DNA of 63,330 nt, the filler included. It is 17 parts of 17 records of this genome, joined end to end, with 100 filler letters (N's around TTAATTAATTAA, not from the genome) between each part and the next. Parts side by side here need not be neighbours in the genome. Positions count along the whole stretch, not along the records: positions 49,767 to 53,315 come from SRR11831580_3974; positions 53,416 to 55,668 come from SRR11831580_3977; positions 55,769 to 57,798 come from SRR11831580_3987; positions 57,899 to 60,797 come from SRR11831580_3993; positions 60,898 to 63,330 come from SRR11831580_3994; 12 more parts are not named here. One strand, 5' to 3'. Below are positions 50,526 to 61,666 of the stretch, piece by piece. The stretch's first letter is position 1, and the number at the start of each line of letters is the position of its first letter. Made by a program: the position numbers and the translations under genes. Under the pieces are notes generated by a model. That model had not been told where the DNA came from and made no database searches. It worked only from the letters and a program-made list of their open reading frames with translations.

Positions 50526-53128
50526 ATGAAAATACCCACTACTACGGATATTCCGCAGAGGTATACCTGGTGTCTGGCCGGAATTTGTTATTCATCTCTT
50601 GCCATTTTACCCTCCTTTTTAAGCTATGCGGAAAGTTATTTCAACCCGGCATTTTTATTAGAGAATGGCACATCCGTTGCTGATTTATCGCGCTTTGAGA
50701 GAGGTAATCATCAACCTGCGGGCGTGTATCGGGTGGATCTCTGGCGTAATGATGAGTTCATTGGTTCGCAGGATATCGTATTTGAATCGACAACAGAAAA
50801 TACAGGTGATAAATCAGGTGGGTTAATGCCCTGTTTTAACCAGGTACTTCTTGAACGAATTGGCCTTAATAGCAGTGCATTTCCCGAGTTAGCCCAGCAG
50901 CAAAACATAAATGCATCAATTTACTGAAAGCTGTACCTGATGCCACAATTAACTTTGATTTTGCAGCGATGCGCCTGAACATCACTATTCCTCAGATAGC
51001 GTTGTTGAGTAGCGCTCACGGTTACATTCCGCCTGAAGAGTGGGATGAAGGTATTCCTGCTTTACTCCTGAATTATAATTTCACCGGTAACAGAGGTAAT
51101 GGTAACGATAGCTATTTTTTTAGTGAGCTCAGCGGGATTAATATTGGCCCGTGGCGTTTACGCAACAATGGTTCCTGGAACTATTTTCGCGGAAATGGAT
51201 ATCATTCAGAACAGTGGAATAATATTGGCACCTGGGTACAGCGCGCCATTATTCCGCTGAAAAGTGAACTGGTAATGGGAGACGGCAATACAGGAAGTGA
51301 TATTTTCGATGGCGTTGGATTTCGTGGTGTACGGCTTTATTCTTCTGATAATATGTATCCTGATAGCCAGCAAGGGTTTGCCCCAACGGTACGTGGGATT
51401 GCCCGTACGGCGGCCCAGCTAACGATTCGGCAAAATGGTTTTATTATCTATCAAAGCTATGTTTCCCCCGGCGCTTTTGAAATTACAGATTTGCACCCGA
51501 CATCTTCAAATGGCGATCTGGACGTCACCATCGACGAGCGCGATGGCAATCAGCAGAATTACACAATTCCGTATTCAACAGTGCCAATTTTACAACGCGA
51601 AGGGCGTTTCAAATTTGACCTGACGGCGGGCGATTTTCGTAGCGGTAATAGTCAGCAATCATCGCCTTTCTTTTTTCAGGGTACGGCACTCGGCGGTTTA
51701 CCACAGGAATTTACTGCCTACGGCGGGACGCAATTATCTGCCAATTACACCGCCTTTTTATTAGGGCTGGGGCGCAATCTCGGGAACTGGGGCGCAGTGT
51801 CGCTGGATGTAACGCATGCGCGCAGTCAGTTAGCCGACGCCAGTCGTCATGAGGGGGATTCTATTCGCTTCCTCTATGCGAAATCGATGAACACCTTCGG
51901 CACCAATTTTCAGTTAATGGGTTACCGCTATTCGACACAAGGTTTTTATACCCTTGATGATGTTGCGTATCGTCGAATGGAGGGGTACGAATATGATTAC
52001 GACGGTGAGCATCGCGATGAACCGATAATCGTGAATTACCACAATTTACGCTTTAGCCGTAAAGACCGTTTGCAGTTAAATGTTTCACAATCACTTAATG
52101 ACTTTGGCTCGCTTTATATTTCTGGTACCCATCAAAAATACTGGAATACTTCGGATTCAGATACGTGGTATCAGGTGGGGTATACCAGCAGCTGGGTTGG
52201 CATCAGTTATTCGCTCTCATTTTCGTGGAATGAATCTGTAGGGATCCCCGATAACGAACGTATTGTCGGACTTAATGTTTCAGTGCCTTTCAATGTTTTG
52301 ACCAAACGTCGCTACACCCGGGAAAATGCGCTCGACCGCGCTTATGCCTCCTTTAACGCCAACCGTAACAGCAACGGGCAAAATAGCTGGCTGGCAGGTG
52401 TAGGTGGGACCTTACTGGAAGGCCACAACCTGAGTTATCACGTAAGCCAGGGTGATACCTCGAATAATGGGTACACGGGCAGCGCCACGGCAAACTGGCA
52501 GGCCGCTTACGGTACGCTGGGGGGCGGGTATAACTACGACCGCGATCAACATGACGTTAACTGGCAGCTGTCTGGCGGTGTGGTCGGGCATGAAAATGGC
52601 ATAACGCTGAGCCAGCCTTTAGGGGATACCAATGTTTTGATTAAAGCGCCTGGCGCAGGCGGTGTACGCATTGAAAATCAAACTGGCATTTTAACCGACT
52701 GGCGCGGCTATGCGGTGATGCTGTATGCCACGGTTTATCGGTATAACCGTATCGCGCTTGATACCAATACGATGGGGAATTCCATCGATGTTGAAAAAAA
52801 TATTAGCAGCGTTGTGCCGACGCAAGGCGCGTTGGTTCGTGCCAATTTTGATACCCGCATAGGCGTGCGGGCGCTCATTACCGTTACCCAGGGCGGAAAA
52901 CCGGTGCCGTTTGGATCACTGGTACGGGAAAACAGTACCGGAATAACCAGTATGGTGGGTGATGACGGGCAAGTTTATTTAAGTGGTGCGCCATTGTCTG
53001 GTGAATTACTGGTTCAGTGGGGAGACGGCGCGAACTCACGCTGCATTGCGCACTATGTATTGCCGAAGCAAAGCTTACAGCAAGCCGTCACTGTTATTTC
53101 GGCAGTTTGCACACATCCTGGCTCATAA
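50526..53128 (+). CDS. sfmD: Fimbrial usher SfmD; apparent -1 frameshift near 50907
   Basis: [30 protein letters not shown]; two ORFs join on adding one A. Confidence 0.9.
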
Positions 53129-53163
53129 AGGAAATTATCAATAAGATAATCTGCAGATTATTA

Positions 53164-53315
53164 TTGGCGATGGCATGTTTGTGTCTGGCAAACATATCCT
53201 GGGCTACTGTTTGTGCAAATAGTACTGGCGTAGCAGAAGATGAACACTATGATCTCTCAAATATCTTTAATAGCACCAATAACCAGCCAGGGCAGATTGT
53301 TGTTTTACCGGAAAA
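53164..53315 (+). CDS. sfmH: FimH-like adhesin SfmH, 5' part (start codon uncertain)
   Basis: ...ACLCLANISWA-TVCANSTG, a signal peptide plus mature FimH-like start, after sfmD. Confidence 0.8.
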
Positions 53316-53415
53316 NNNNNNNNNNNNNNNNNNNNNNNNNNNNNNNNNNNNNNNNNNNNTTAATTAATTAANNNNNNNNNNNNNNNNNNNNNNNNNNNNN
53401 NNNNNNNNNNNNNNN

Positions 53416-53966
53416 TTTTTGATTTTTCCGTTCTGAACGGATCGTTTGGGCAACTGCCTGGTGCGAACGGAGCCACCACCTCATTTCGCGGCGCGGGTGG
53501 CGCGGGGGCTAAAGATGGCTTTCTCTTTGCGCTGGAGCTGGCACCGTCAGTCATTCTCTCTCTGGGGATTATTTCAATTACCGATGGTCTTGGTGGATTA
53601 CGCGCCGCGCAGCAGTTAATGACACCTGTGCTAAAACCGTTGTTGGGCATTCCAGGGATCTGCTCGCTGGCGCTGATCGCTAACCTGCAAAACACCGATG
53701 CCGCCGCCGGTATGACCAAAGAGCTGGCGCAGGAAGGTGAAATTACCGAACGCGATAAAGTGATTTTCGCCGCATATCAAACCAGCGGTAGCGCCATCAT
53801 CACCAACTACTTCTCTTCCGGCGTCGCGGTGTTTGCCTTTCTGGGCACGTCCGTAATCGTACCTTTAGCCGTCATCCTGGTGTTTAAATTTGTCGGAGCC
53901 AACATTTTGCGCGTCTGGCTTAACTTCGAAGAACGTCGCAACCCAACGCAAGGAGCGCAAGCATGA
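53416..53966 (+). CDS. yjiH: Gate-domain membrane protein YjiH, 3' part
   Basis: LKPLLGIPG...NLQNTDAAAG; overlaps yjiG. Confidence 0.88.
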
Positions 53967-54424
53967 CAACTCAGGTCCGCAAAAACGTCATGGATATGTT
54001 TATCGATGGCGCGCGCCGTGGCTTTACTATCGCCACGACCAACCTGCTGCCAAACGTGGTGATGGCGTTTGTCATCATTCAGGCGCTGAAAATTACCGGC
54101 CTGCTCGACTGGGTGGGGCATATCTGTGAACCCGTAATGGCGCTGTGGGGATTACCCGGTGAAGCGGCAACCGTCCTTTTAGCCGCATTAATGAGTATGG
54201 GTGGCGCAGTCGGTGTTGCCGCCAGTCTGGCAACCGCTGGCGCATTAACCGGTCACGATGTCACCGTTTTACTGCCCGCGATGTATTTAATGGGCAACCC
54301 GGTGCAAAATGTCGGTCGCTGCCTGGGGACAGCCGAAGTGAATGCCAAATATTACCCGCATATCATTACGGTCTGCGTGATTAACGCATTGCTGTCGATC
54401 TGGGTTATGCAGCTTATTGTTTAA
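53963..54424 (+). CDS. yjiG: SpmB-like membrane protein YjiG
   Basis: 153 aa; MFIDGARRG, GLPGEAA. Confidence 0.9.
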   Translation: MTTQVRKNVMDMFIDGARRGFTIATTNLLPNVVMAFVIIQALKITGLLDWVGHICEPVMALWGLPGEAATVLLAALMSMGGAVGVAASLATAGALTGHDVTVLLPAMYLMGNPVQNVGRCLGTAEVNAKYYPHIITVCVINALLSIWVMQLIV

Positions 54425-54436
54425 CAAGGAGTTACC

Positions 54437-55609
54437 ATGATTGATTATACCGCAGCCGGTTTTACCCTGCTGCAGGGAGCGCATTTGTATGCGCCGGAAG
54501 ATCGGGGAATTTGCGATGTCCTCGTCGCTAACGGCAAAATTATCGCCGTTGCCAGCAATATCCCTTCTGACATTGTACCGAACTGCACGGTTGTCGATCT
54601 CAGTGGGCAGATCCTCTGCCCAGGTTTTATTGATCAACACGTCCATTTGATTGGCGGTGGCGGCGAAGCAGGTCCCACGACGCGCACGCCGGAAGTGGCG
54701 CTAAGTCGCCTGACGGAAGCGGGCGTCACGTCAGTGGTTGGTCTGCTGGGCACCGACTCTATCTCTCGCCACCCGGAATCCCTGCTCGCCAAGACCCGTG
54801 CGCTCAATGAAGAAGGCATCAGCGCCTGGATGCTGACCGGCGCTTATCATGTCCCTTCCCGCACCATTACGGGTTCCGTGGAAAAAGACGTGGCGATTAT
54901 CGATCGTGTGATTGGCGTGAAATGCGCCATCTCTGATCACCGTTCTGCCGCACCGGACGTTTATCACCTGGCCAATATGGCGGCAGAATCCCGCGTTGGC
55001 GGTTTGCTCGGCGGTAAACCTGGCGTCACCGTGTTCCACATGGGCGACAGTAAAAAGGCGTTACAGCCTATTTATGACCTGCTGGAAAACTGCGATGTGC
55101 CGATCAGCAAGCTGCTGCCGACCCACGTTAACCGCAACGTACCGTTGTTTGAGCAGGCGCTGGAGTTCGCGCGCAAAGGCGGCACCATCGATATCACCAG
55201 CAGCATTGACGAACCGGTCGCCCCTGCCGAAGGTATTGCCCGCGCCGTTCAGGCGGGTATTCCGCTGGCACGCGTCACCCTCAGCTCCGACGGCAACGGT
55301 AGCCAGCCGTTCTTCGATGACGAAGGGAATTTAACCCATATCGGTGTTGCCGGTTTTGAAACGTTGCTGGAAACCGTGCAGGTGCTGGTCAAAGACTATG
55401 ATTTCAGTATCAGCGATGCCCTGCGCCCGCTCACCAGTAGCGTAGCCGGTTTCCTTAACCTGACCGGGAAAGGCGAAATTCTGCCAGGCAATGATGCTGA
55501 CTTGCTGGTCATGACGCCAGAACTGCGCATTGAGCAGGTATACGCTCGCGGCAAACTGATGGTCAAAGACGGCAAAGCCTGCGTGAAAGGAACGTTTGAA
55601 ACGGCTTAA
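54437..55609 (+). CDS. iadA: Isoaspartyl dipeptidase
   Basis: PGFIDQHVHLIGGGGE, SSDGNGS; 390 aa. Confidence 0.96.
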   Translation: MIDYTAAGFTLLQGAHLYAPEDRGICDVLVANGKIIAVASNIPSDIVPNCTVVDLSGQILCPGFIDQHVHLIGGGGEAGPTTRTPEVALSRLTEAGVTSVVGLLGTDSISRHPESLLAKTRALNEEGISAWMLTGAYHVPSRTITGSVEKDVAIIDRVIGVKCAISDHRSAAPDVYHLANMAAESRVGGLLGGKPGVTVFHMGDSKKALQPIYDLLENCDVPISKLLPTHVNRNVPLFEQALEFARKGGTIDITSSIDEPVAPAEGIARAVQAGIPLARVTLSSDGNGSQPFFDDEGNLTHIGVAGFETLLETVQVLVKDYDFSISDALRPLTSSVAGFLNLTGKGEILPGNDADLLVMTPELRIEQVYARGKLMVKDGKACVKGTFETA

Positions 55610-56024
55610 ACGGTTGTCAGCCGCCCGAATGGACGTAGAATGCCCGCAAGGGCGGCTGACAGAGTAAANNNNNNNNNNNNNNNNNNNNNNNNNNNNNNNN
55701 NNNNNNNNNNNNTTAATTAATTAANNNNNNNNNNNNNNNNNNNNNNNNNNNNNNNNNNNNNNNNNNNNAACGAGACATCGCCCCGGCACGAATCACTACT
55801 TAACATTAAATTAACTTATACAATTCAGTTGCTTCAGTAGTAATGATGCTGATACGGCTGTTTTTTAAGCATAGACGGTCATTTGAGCAGGATTAAAATT
55901 GGCTTAAGGAATGTGATATGAAAAATGACGCAGACAGTTACACCGTTTAAATGCAATAATCAGCCACGTTTCTCGTTAATAACAATACCAGTACCTGGTT
56001 TGCGCAAGGCGAAGGATTATTTTT

Positions 56025-56969
56025 ATGAAGCTTAAGAACACCCTCCTGGCGTCGGCACTGCTTTCTGCTATGGCATTCTCCGTTAACGCAGCAACAGAAC
56101 TGACACCGGAGCAAGCGGCAGCGGTTAAACCTTTTGACCGTGTAGTGGTTACCGGTCGTTTTAATGCTATTGGCGAAGCGGTGAAAGCCGTTTCTCGTCG
56201 CGCAGATAAAGAAGGTGCCGCCTCTTTTTATGTTGTCGACACTTCTGATTTTGGTAACAGCGGTAACTGGCGTGTGGTCGCTGACCTCTATAAAGCCGAT
56301 GCTGAAAAAGCAGAAGAAACAAGTAATCGCGTAATTAACGGTGTTGTCGAACTGCCGAAAGATCAGGCTGTTCTGATTGAACCGTTTGACACGGTCACCG
56401 TCCAGGGCTTCTATCGTAGCCAGCCAGAAGTCAATGATGCCATCACCAAAGCGGCAAAAGCGAAAGGTGCCTACTCTTTCTACATCGTTCGTCAAATCGA
56501 TGCCAACCAGGGCGGCAACCAGCGTATTACTGCATTCATCTATAAAAAAGATGCTAAGAAACGTATCGTCCAGAGCCCGGATGTGATCCCGGCAGATTCC
56601 GAAGCAGGACGTGCAGCTCTGGCTGCCGGTGGCGAAGCCGCGAAGAAAGTTGAGATCCCGGGTGTTGCGACTACCGCATCACCAAGTTCTGAAGTCGGTC
56701 GCTTCTTTGAAACCCAGTCATCAAAAGGCGGGCGTTACACCGTCACGCTCCCGGATGGCACTAAAGTCGAAGAACTGAACAAAGCGACCGCAGCGATGAT
56801 GGTCCCGTTCGACAGCATCAAATTCTCTGGCAACTACGGCAACATGACCGAAGTCTCCTATCAGGTTGCGAAACGTGCCGCGAAGAAAGGTGCTAAGTAT
56901 TACCACATCACCCGCCAGTGGCAGGAACGTGGTAATAACCTGACCGTCAGCGCAGATCTGTATAAATAA
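56025..56969 (+). CDS. ydgH: Periplasmic DUF1471 triple-domain protein YdgH
   Basis: Signal peptide; three (P)FD...A..GA..(F/Y)Y...A.(L/I)YK repeats. Confidence 0.93.
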   Translation: MKLKNTLLASALLSAMAFSVNAATELTPEQAAAVKPFDRVVVTGRFNAIGEAVKAVSRRADKEGAASFYVVDTSDFGNSGNWRVVADLYKADAEKAEETSNRVINGVVELPKDQAVLIEPFDTVTVQGFYRSQPEVNDAITKAAKAKGAYSFYIVRQIDANQGGNQRITAFIYKKDAKKRIVQSPDVIPADSEAGRAALAAGGEAAKKVEIPGVATTASPSSEVGRFFETQSSKGGRYTVTLPDGTKVEELNKATAAMMVPFDSIKFSGNYGNMTEVSYQVAKRAAKKGAKYYHITRQWQERGNNLTVSADLYK

Positions 56970-56987
56970 CTATTCAGTTACTCCTAT

Positions 56988-57009
56988 AAGGCGGCTTGAT
57001 GCCGCCTTT
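56988..57009 (+). terminator. Terminator after ydgH
   Basis: AAGGCGGC-ttgat-GCCGCCTTT. Confidence 0.7.
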
Positions 57010-57154
57010 CGCATTTTTAGTCACAAATTTCCCCGCGACCATTGCATGCAGACACATCTCTTCGTAAAATCCCGCGCTTCAGTGGCAAACTCCATTTTTA
57101 TGCGTTTTGCCCTAATATTTATTCTTCTTATCACGTTTTAATCACTGGATATCG

Positions 57155-57798
57155 ATGGAAAAGAAACTGGGACTGAGCGCACTCACCGCGCTGGTATTAA
57201 GCTCAATGCTGGGCGCGGGTGTTTTCAGTCTGCCGCAAAATATGGCGGCAGTTGCCAGCCCGGCAGCACTGCTCATCGGCTGGGGTATTACTGGCGCTGG
57301 CATTTTATTGCTGGCCTTTGCCATGCTGATCCTCACGCGCATTCGTCCCGAACTTGACGGCGGTATCTTTACCTATGCCCGCGAAGGGTTTGGCGAGCTA
57401 ATCGGCTTTTGTTCCGCATGGGGATACTGGCTGTGCGCAGTCATCGCCAACGTCTCCTATCTGGTGATCGTTTTTTCCGCGTTAAGCTTTTTTACGGACA
57501 CGCCGGAATTGCGCCTGTTTGGCGATGGTAATACCTGGCAATCGATAGTCGGTGCATCGGCTTTATTGTGGATTGTTCACTTTTTGATCCTGCGCGGGGT
57601 GCAAACCGCTGCCAGCATTAACCTGGTGGCGACACTGGCAAAATTGTTGCCGCTGGGTCTGTTTGTTGTGCTGGCGATGATGATGTTCAAACTGGATACC
57701 TTCAAGCTCGACTTCACCGGACTTGCACTTGGCGTACCCGTTTGGGAACAGGTGAAAAACACCATGCTGATCACCCTGTGGGTTTTCATTGGTGTGGA
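57155..57798 (+). CDS. ydgI: Putative arginine/ornithine antiporter YdgI (ArcD-like), 5' part
   Basis: APC motifs SMLGAGVFSLP and LWVFIGV. Confidence 0.9.
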
Positions 57799-57898
57799 NN
57801 NNNNNNNNNNNNNNNNNNNNNNNNNNNNNNNNNNNNNNNNNNTTAATTAATTAANNNNNNNNNNNNNNNNNNNNNNNNNNNNNNNNNNNNNNNNNNNN

Positions 57899-60695
57899 TT
57901 TTGCATTGCCCCACCCTTGCCAACCGTGGAGTCGCGAGCTTCGGTACCTGCTAATACCAATAAATTACCGCCATTTTCCAGCAACATATTGGTCGCTAAA
58001 TTGCCGGAAATGGAAAAGTACCGTACTGGTGAGTACCGCTGATTTCAATACCGTTAGCCGTGCTCGTCTGGAGAGCGGCACCGCTGTTCTGGACGATATC
58101 TGTCGCTTTGCCATTATCGTTGACTGTCAGCGTACCGCCTTCATTGATCTTTGTTTTTATTGCCTCTCCGTTAGCTGAAACTGTTTGTATTCCGCCGTCG
58201 TTAATTGTTGTCTCATTCGCCACACCCTCGACAATTTGTTCACCGCCGGTGAGCGTCGTGCCTGTCGCAGTGGCTTTTGTTTTGACGATCTCCCGTCCGC
58301 CCATATTGACCTGTGTTTTGTCAGAAGAGGTGTCTGACTCCACGGTTAACACGCCGCCATTTGCCAGCAGGATATTGTTCGCCGCACCCTGCTCGATGCT
58401 GAACGCGACGCCATCCGCGCGTGTTCCTGTGACCCGCGTCGCCCTGGTGGTTGCAACCAAAGCGCCCTGGCTACTCTGCTGTATCCCCGTTGCGCTGCCT
58501 TTCTCCCGCACATCGAGTGTGCCGCCGTCATTAAGCACCGAGTTTTCAGCCAGGCCGCCCTCATTAACTACCTGTGAACCCCCATTAATAATGGAACCTT
58601 CCGCTGTCCCGTTTGCCATAATTTGTTGTAGGCCAGAGACGATATCGGTATTGATTGCCTTACCATAATTCTGAACGGTTTGCGTGCCACCATTGATGTG
58701 TGTTTTCTCTGTTGACCCACCATCAACAATTTGTTCACCACTTTCGATATTTGCTTCAGTGGCTAAACCATATACCGTTTGCTTGCCACCTTTGATATTT
58801 GCTTTATCAGAAGTGGCACTGGCATATATTGTTTGGGTGCCAGCACTATTGAGTACAGTGCCAACATCTTTTCCATAAACATCCATTTTGCCGTTGGCAT
58901 TAATAATCGTGTCAACTGCGCGGGAACCAGTGACGACTGTTAATGAGCCAGCGTTTTCCAGCACTACATTTTTAGCTTCTGAATTCCTGATGTAGAAAGC
59001 ATCACCATAACTGTTGGTTCCTTCGATAAGTGTTCCGGAGGTCGTGGAAGCAATTAATGCGCCGCCGGATTGTTGCTCAACATGCTTAGCCTCACCACCG
59101 TCCTGAACCTCCAGAACGCCGCCATTATTAAGTCTGGTGCTATCTGTTTTAGCCTCCTTCTGGACAATCAGCTTACCGCCAGTATCAATGGTAGTATTTT
59201 TCGCCGAGGTTTTAGCCACTACCGTCAGTTCGCCGGTATTTTCCAGCACAACATAATTAGCCTCCCCTCCGGTAATAGTGAAGTGAGAGAGCTTGTTGTA
59301 TCCTTCGATATCAGTCCCTGCACCCGTGTTGGCAACTAAAGCACTGCCCGTCTCCTGGTTAACCCCATGTGCAATACCGCCGGTATAGACAATCAGCGAG
59401 CCTCCGGCGCTAATATTGCTGCCAATTGCCGTACCATCTTTCTCAACAACCTGCCGGCTCCCGGAGGATATAATTGTTGTGTCAGCTTTCCCGCCGCTTT
59501 TGATATTTTGCGTTCCGCTGTTGATATTGGTGCCTGTGGCTATGCCATAATTATTAATATTCTGTGTGCCACCATTAATTATGGTATTTGTCGCGTTTCC
59601 TGCAACATCCATAACCCCGCCATTATCTATTCGGGTCGCATCAGCTTTAGCATTGGTTAAAACTGACATTGTTCCTTTATCTTTAATAATCGTCTTGTTT
59701 GCCGAACCATATGCGTTTATGTCTAAATGACCACCGTTTTCCAGCAACACATTGTCTGCCACGTGATTGTGGATGGAGAATGCACCTTCACTATTCGTAC
59801 CGCTCACCGTCGTACCGTTAGTGTTAGTTTTTAAAATTGCACCATCGTGCTGGGTAACATTTGTTGCCGTACCACCCCTAACATCAAGCACGCCACCAGA
59901 ATAAACTTCAATAACATCCGAGGTGCTGGTGTTATCAACAATTTGCGTGCCACCAGAATAGATATGCGTATTTTTTGCCGTTGACTTACTATTCAGAGAC
60001 TGAGTTCCGCCTTCAATCGTCGTGTCCAGCGCACGGCTCTCATATACTCTTTGCTCACCGCCATTTTTAATGGTTGTTGTTTCTACTGTGCTCTGTTCAA
60101 CATACTGTCGACCACCATTTATGGTTGTGTTCGTTGCCAGACTTCCTTGTACTACGTCCTGAGAGCCAGACTTATTTATCGTTGTACCATCAGCATGCCC
60201 TTGAACTTTTACTATCTGGCTACCACCATCAATGAGTATTCCATTCGCACTCCCTCCCTCTACGCGTGAAGCACCGCCCTTAATTGTCGTTCCATTGCTG
60301 ATACCCCCTTTATAAACGTCCTGATTGCCACTCTCGATTGTCGTACCTGTGGAAATACCCCCGTCATGAATTGACTGTCTGCCACCGTTAATGGTTGTAT
60401 TATTAGCCTGCCCCACAAAATTGTTATGACTTCCTATATCTTGATATCCACCAGATTCAATAAGACTTCCATTAGATACCCCGCCATGAACATTCTGCTG
60501 GCCATGGTTGATAATATGAGTGTTATTTGTTGTACCTCGTTCATCCACTTTTTGGTTGCCATCTACAGTCTCATCGTTTACCACACCAATAACATTAGTA
60601 GTGAAGGCAGCCATCCCGGGCGGGGCATATATCAAGGCAGATATCAATAAGGAAAGTACTGAGCGGCGACAATAATAGGGACTGGTCCTGTTCAT
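57899..60695 (-). CDS. ypjA: AIDA-like autotransporter adhesin YpjA, 5' part; apparent -1 frameshift at 58014-58017
   Basis: Starts MNRTSPYYCRRSVLSLL; G/T/N-rich beta-helix repeats; passenger domain continues to the contig edge in a shifted frame. Confidence 0.88.
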
Positions 60696-60897
60696 AAATT
60701 TCATCCTCTGAAAAGTGAATACTGAGTAGCGTTTAAGCGACCTTAGCTTTGCTGCAACATCAGCCCACAGGCACCAGACCAGGGGATTCATCCTGAANNN
60801 NNNNNNNNNNNNNNNNNNNNNNNNNNNNNNNNNNNNNNNNNTTAATTAATTAANNNNNNNNNNNNNNNNNNNNNNNNNNNNNNNNNNNNNNNNNNNN

Positions 60898-60927
60898 TCG
60901 GATGCGGCGCGAGCGCCTTATCCGACC
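60898..60927. repeat. REP element in the lacY-lacA intergenic region
   Basis: CGGATGCGGCGCGAGCGCCTTATCCG. Confidence 0.85.
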
Positions 60928-60952
60928 AACATATCATAACGGAGTGATCGCA

Positions 60953-61564
60953 TTGAACATGCCAATGACCGAAAGAATAAGAGCAGGCAAGCTATTTACC
61001 GATATGTGCGAAGGCTTACCGGAAAAAAGACTTCGTGGGAAAACGTTAATGTATGAGTTTAATCACTCGCATCCATCAGAAGTTGAAAAAAGAGAAAGCC
61101 TGATTAAAGAAATGTTTGCCACGGTAGGGGAAAACGCCTGGGTAGAACCGCCTGTCTATTTCTCTTACGGTTCCAACATCCATATAGGCCGCAATTTTTA
61201 TGCAAATTTCAATTTAACCATTGTCGATGACTACACGGTAACAATCGGTGATAACGTACTGATTGCACCCAACGTTACTCTTTCCGTTACGGGACACCCT
61301 GTACACCATGAATTGAGAAAAAACGGCGAGATGTACTCTTTTCCGATAACGATTGGCAATAACGTCTGGATCGGAAGTCATGTGGTTATTAATCCAGGCG
61401 TCACCATCGGGGATAATTCTGTTATTGGCGCGGGTAGTATCGTCACAAAAGACATTCCACCAAACGTCGTGGCGGCTGGCGTTCCTTGTCGGGTTATTCG
61501 CGAAATAAACGACCGGGATAAGCACTATTATTTCAAAGATTATAAAGTTGAATCGTCAGTTTAA
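60953..61564 (+). CDS. lacA: Galactoside O-acetyltransferase (TTG start, 203 aa)
   Basis: GGAG RBS; hexapeptide repeats; ends YKVESSV. Confidence 0.96.
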   Translation: MNMPMTERIRAGKLFTDMCEGLPEKRLRGKTLMYEFNHSHPSEVEKRESLIKEMFATVGENAWVEPPVYFSYGSNIHIGRNFYANFNLTIVDDYTVTIGDNVLIAPNVTLSVTGHPVHHELRKNGEMYSFPITIGNNVWIGSHVVINPGVTIGDNSVIGAGSIVTKDIPPNVVAAGVPCRVIREINDRDKHYYFKDYKVESSV

Positions 61565-61574
61565 ATTATAAAAA

Positions 61575-61638
61575 TTGCCTGATACGCTGCGCTTATCAGG
61601 CCTACAAGTTCAGCGATCTACATTAGCCGCATCCGGCA
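61575..61638. repeat. REP elements between lacA and cynX
   Basis: TGCCTGATACGCTGCGCTTATCAGGCCTAC plus a partial GCCGCATCCGGCA. Confidence 0.85.
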
Positions 61639-61666
61639 TGAACAAAGCGCAGGAACAAGCGTCGCA

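Noticed and set aside
46716..53315. Two chaperone-usher clusters side by side, read as a novel fimbrial island
   Set aside because: ybgQPO and sfmCDH are on separate contigs; the adjacency is artificial.
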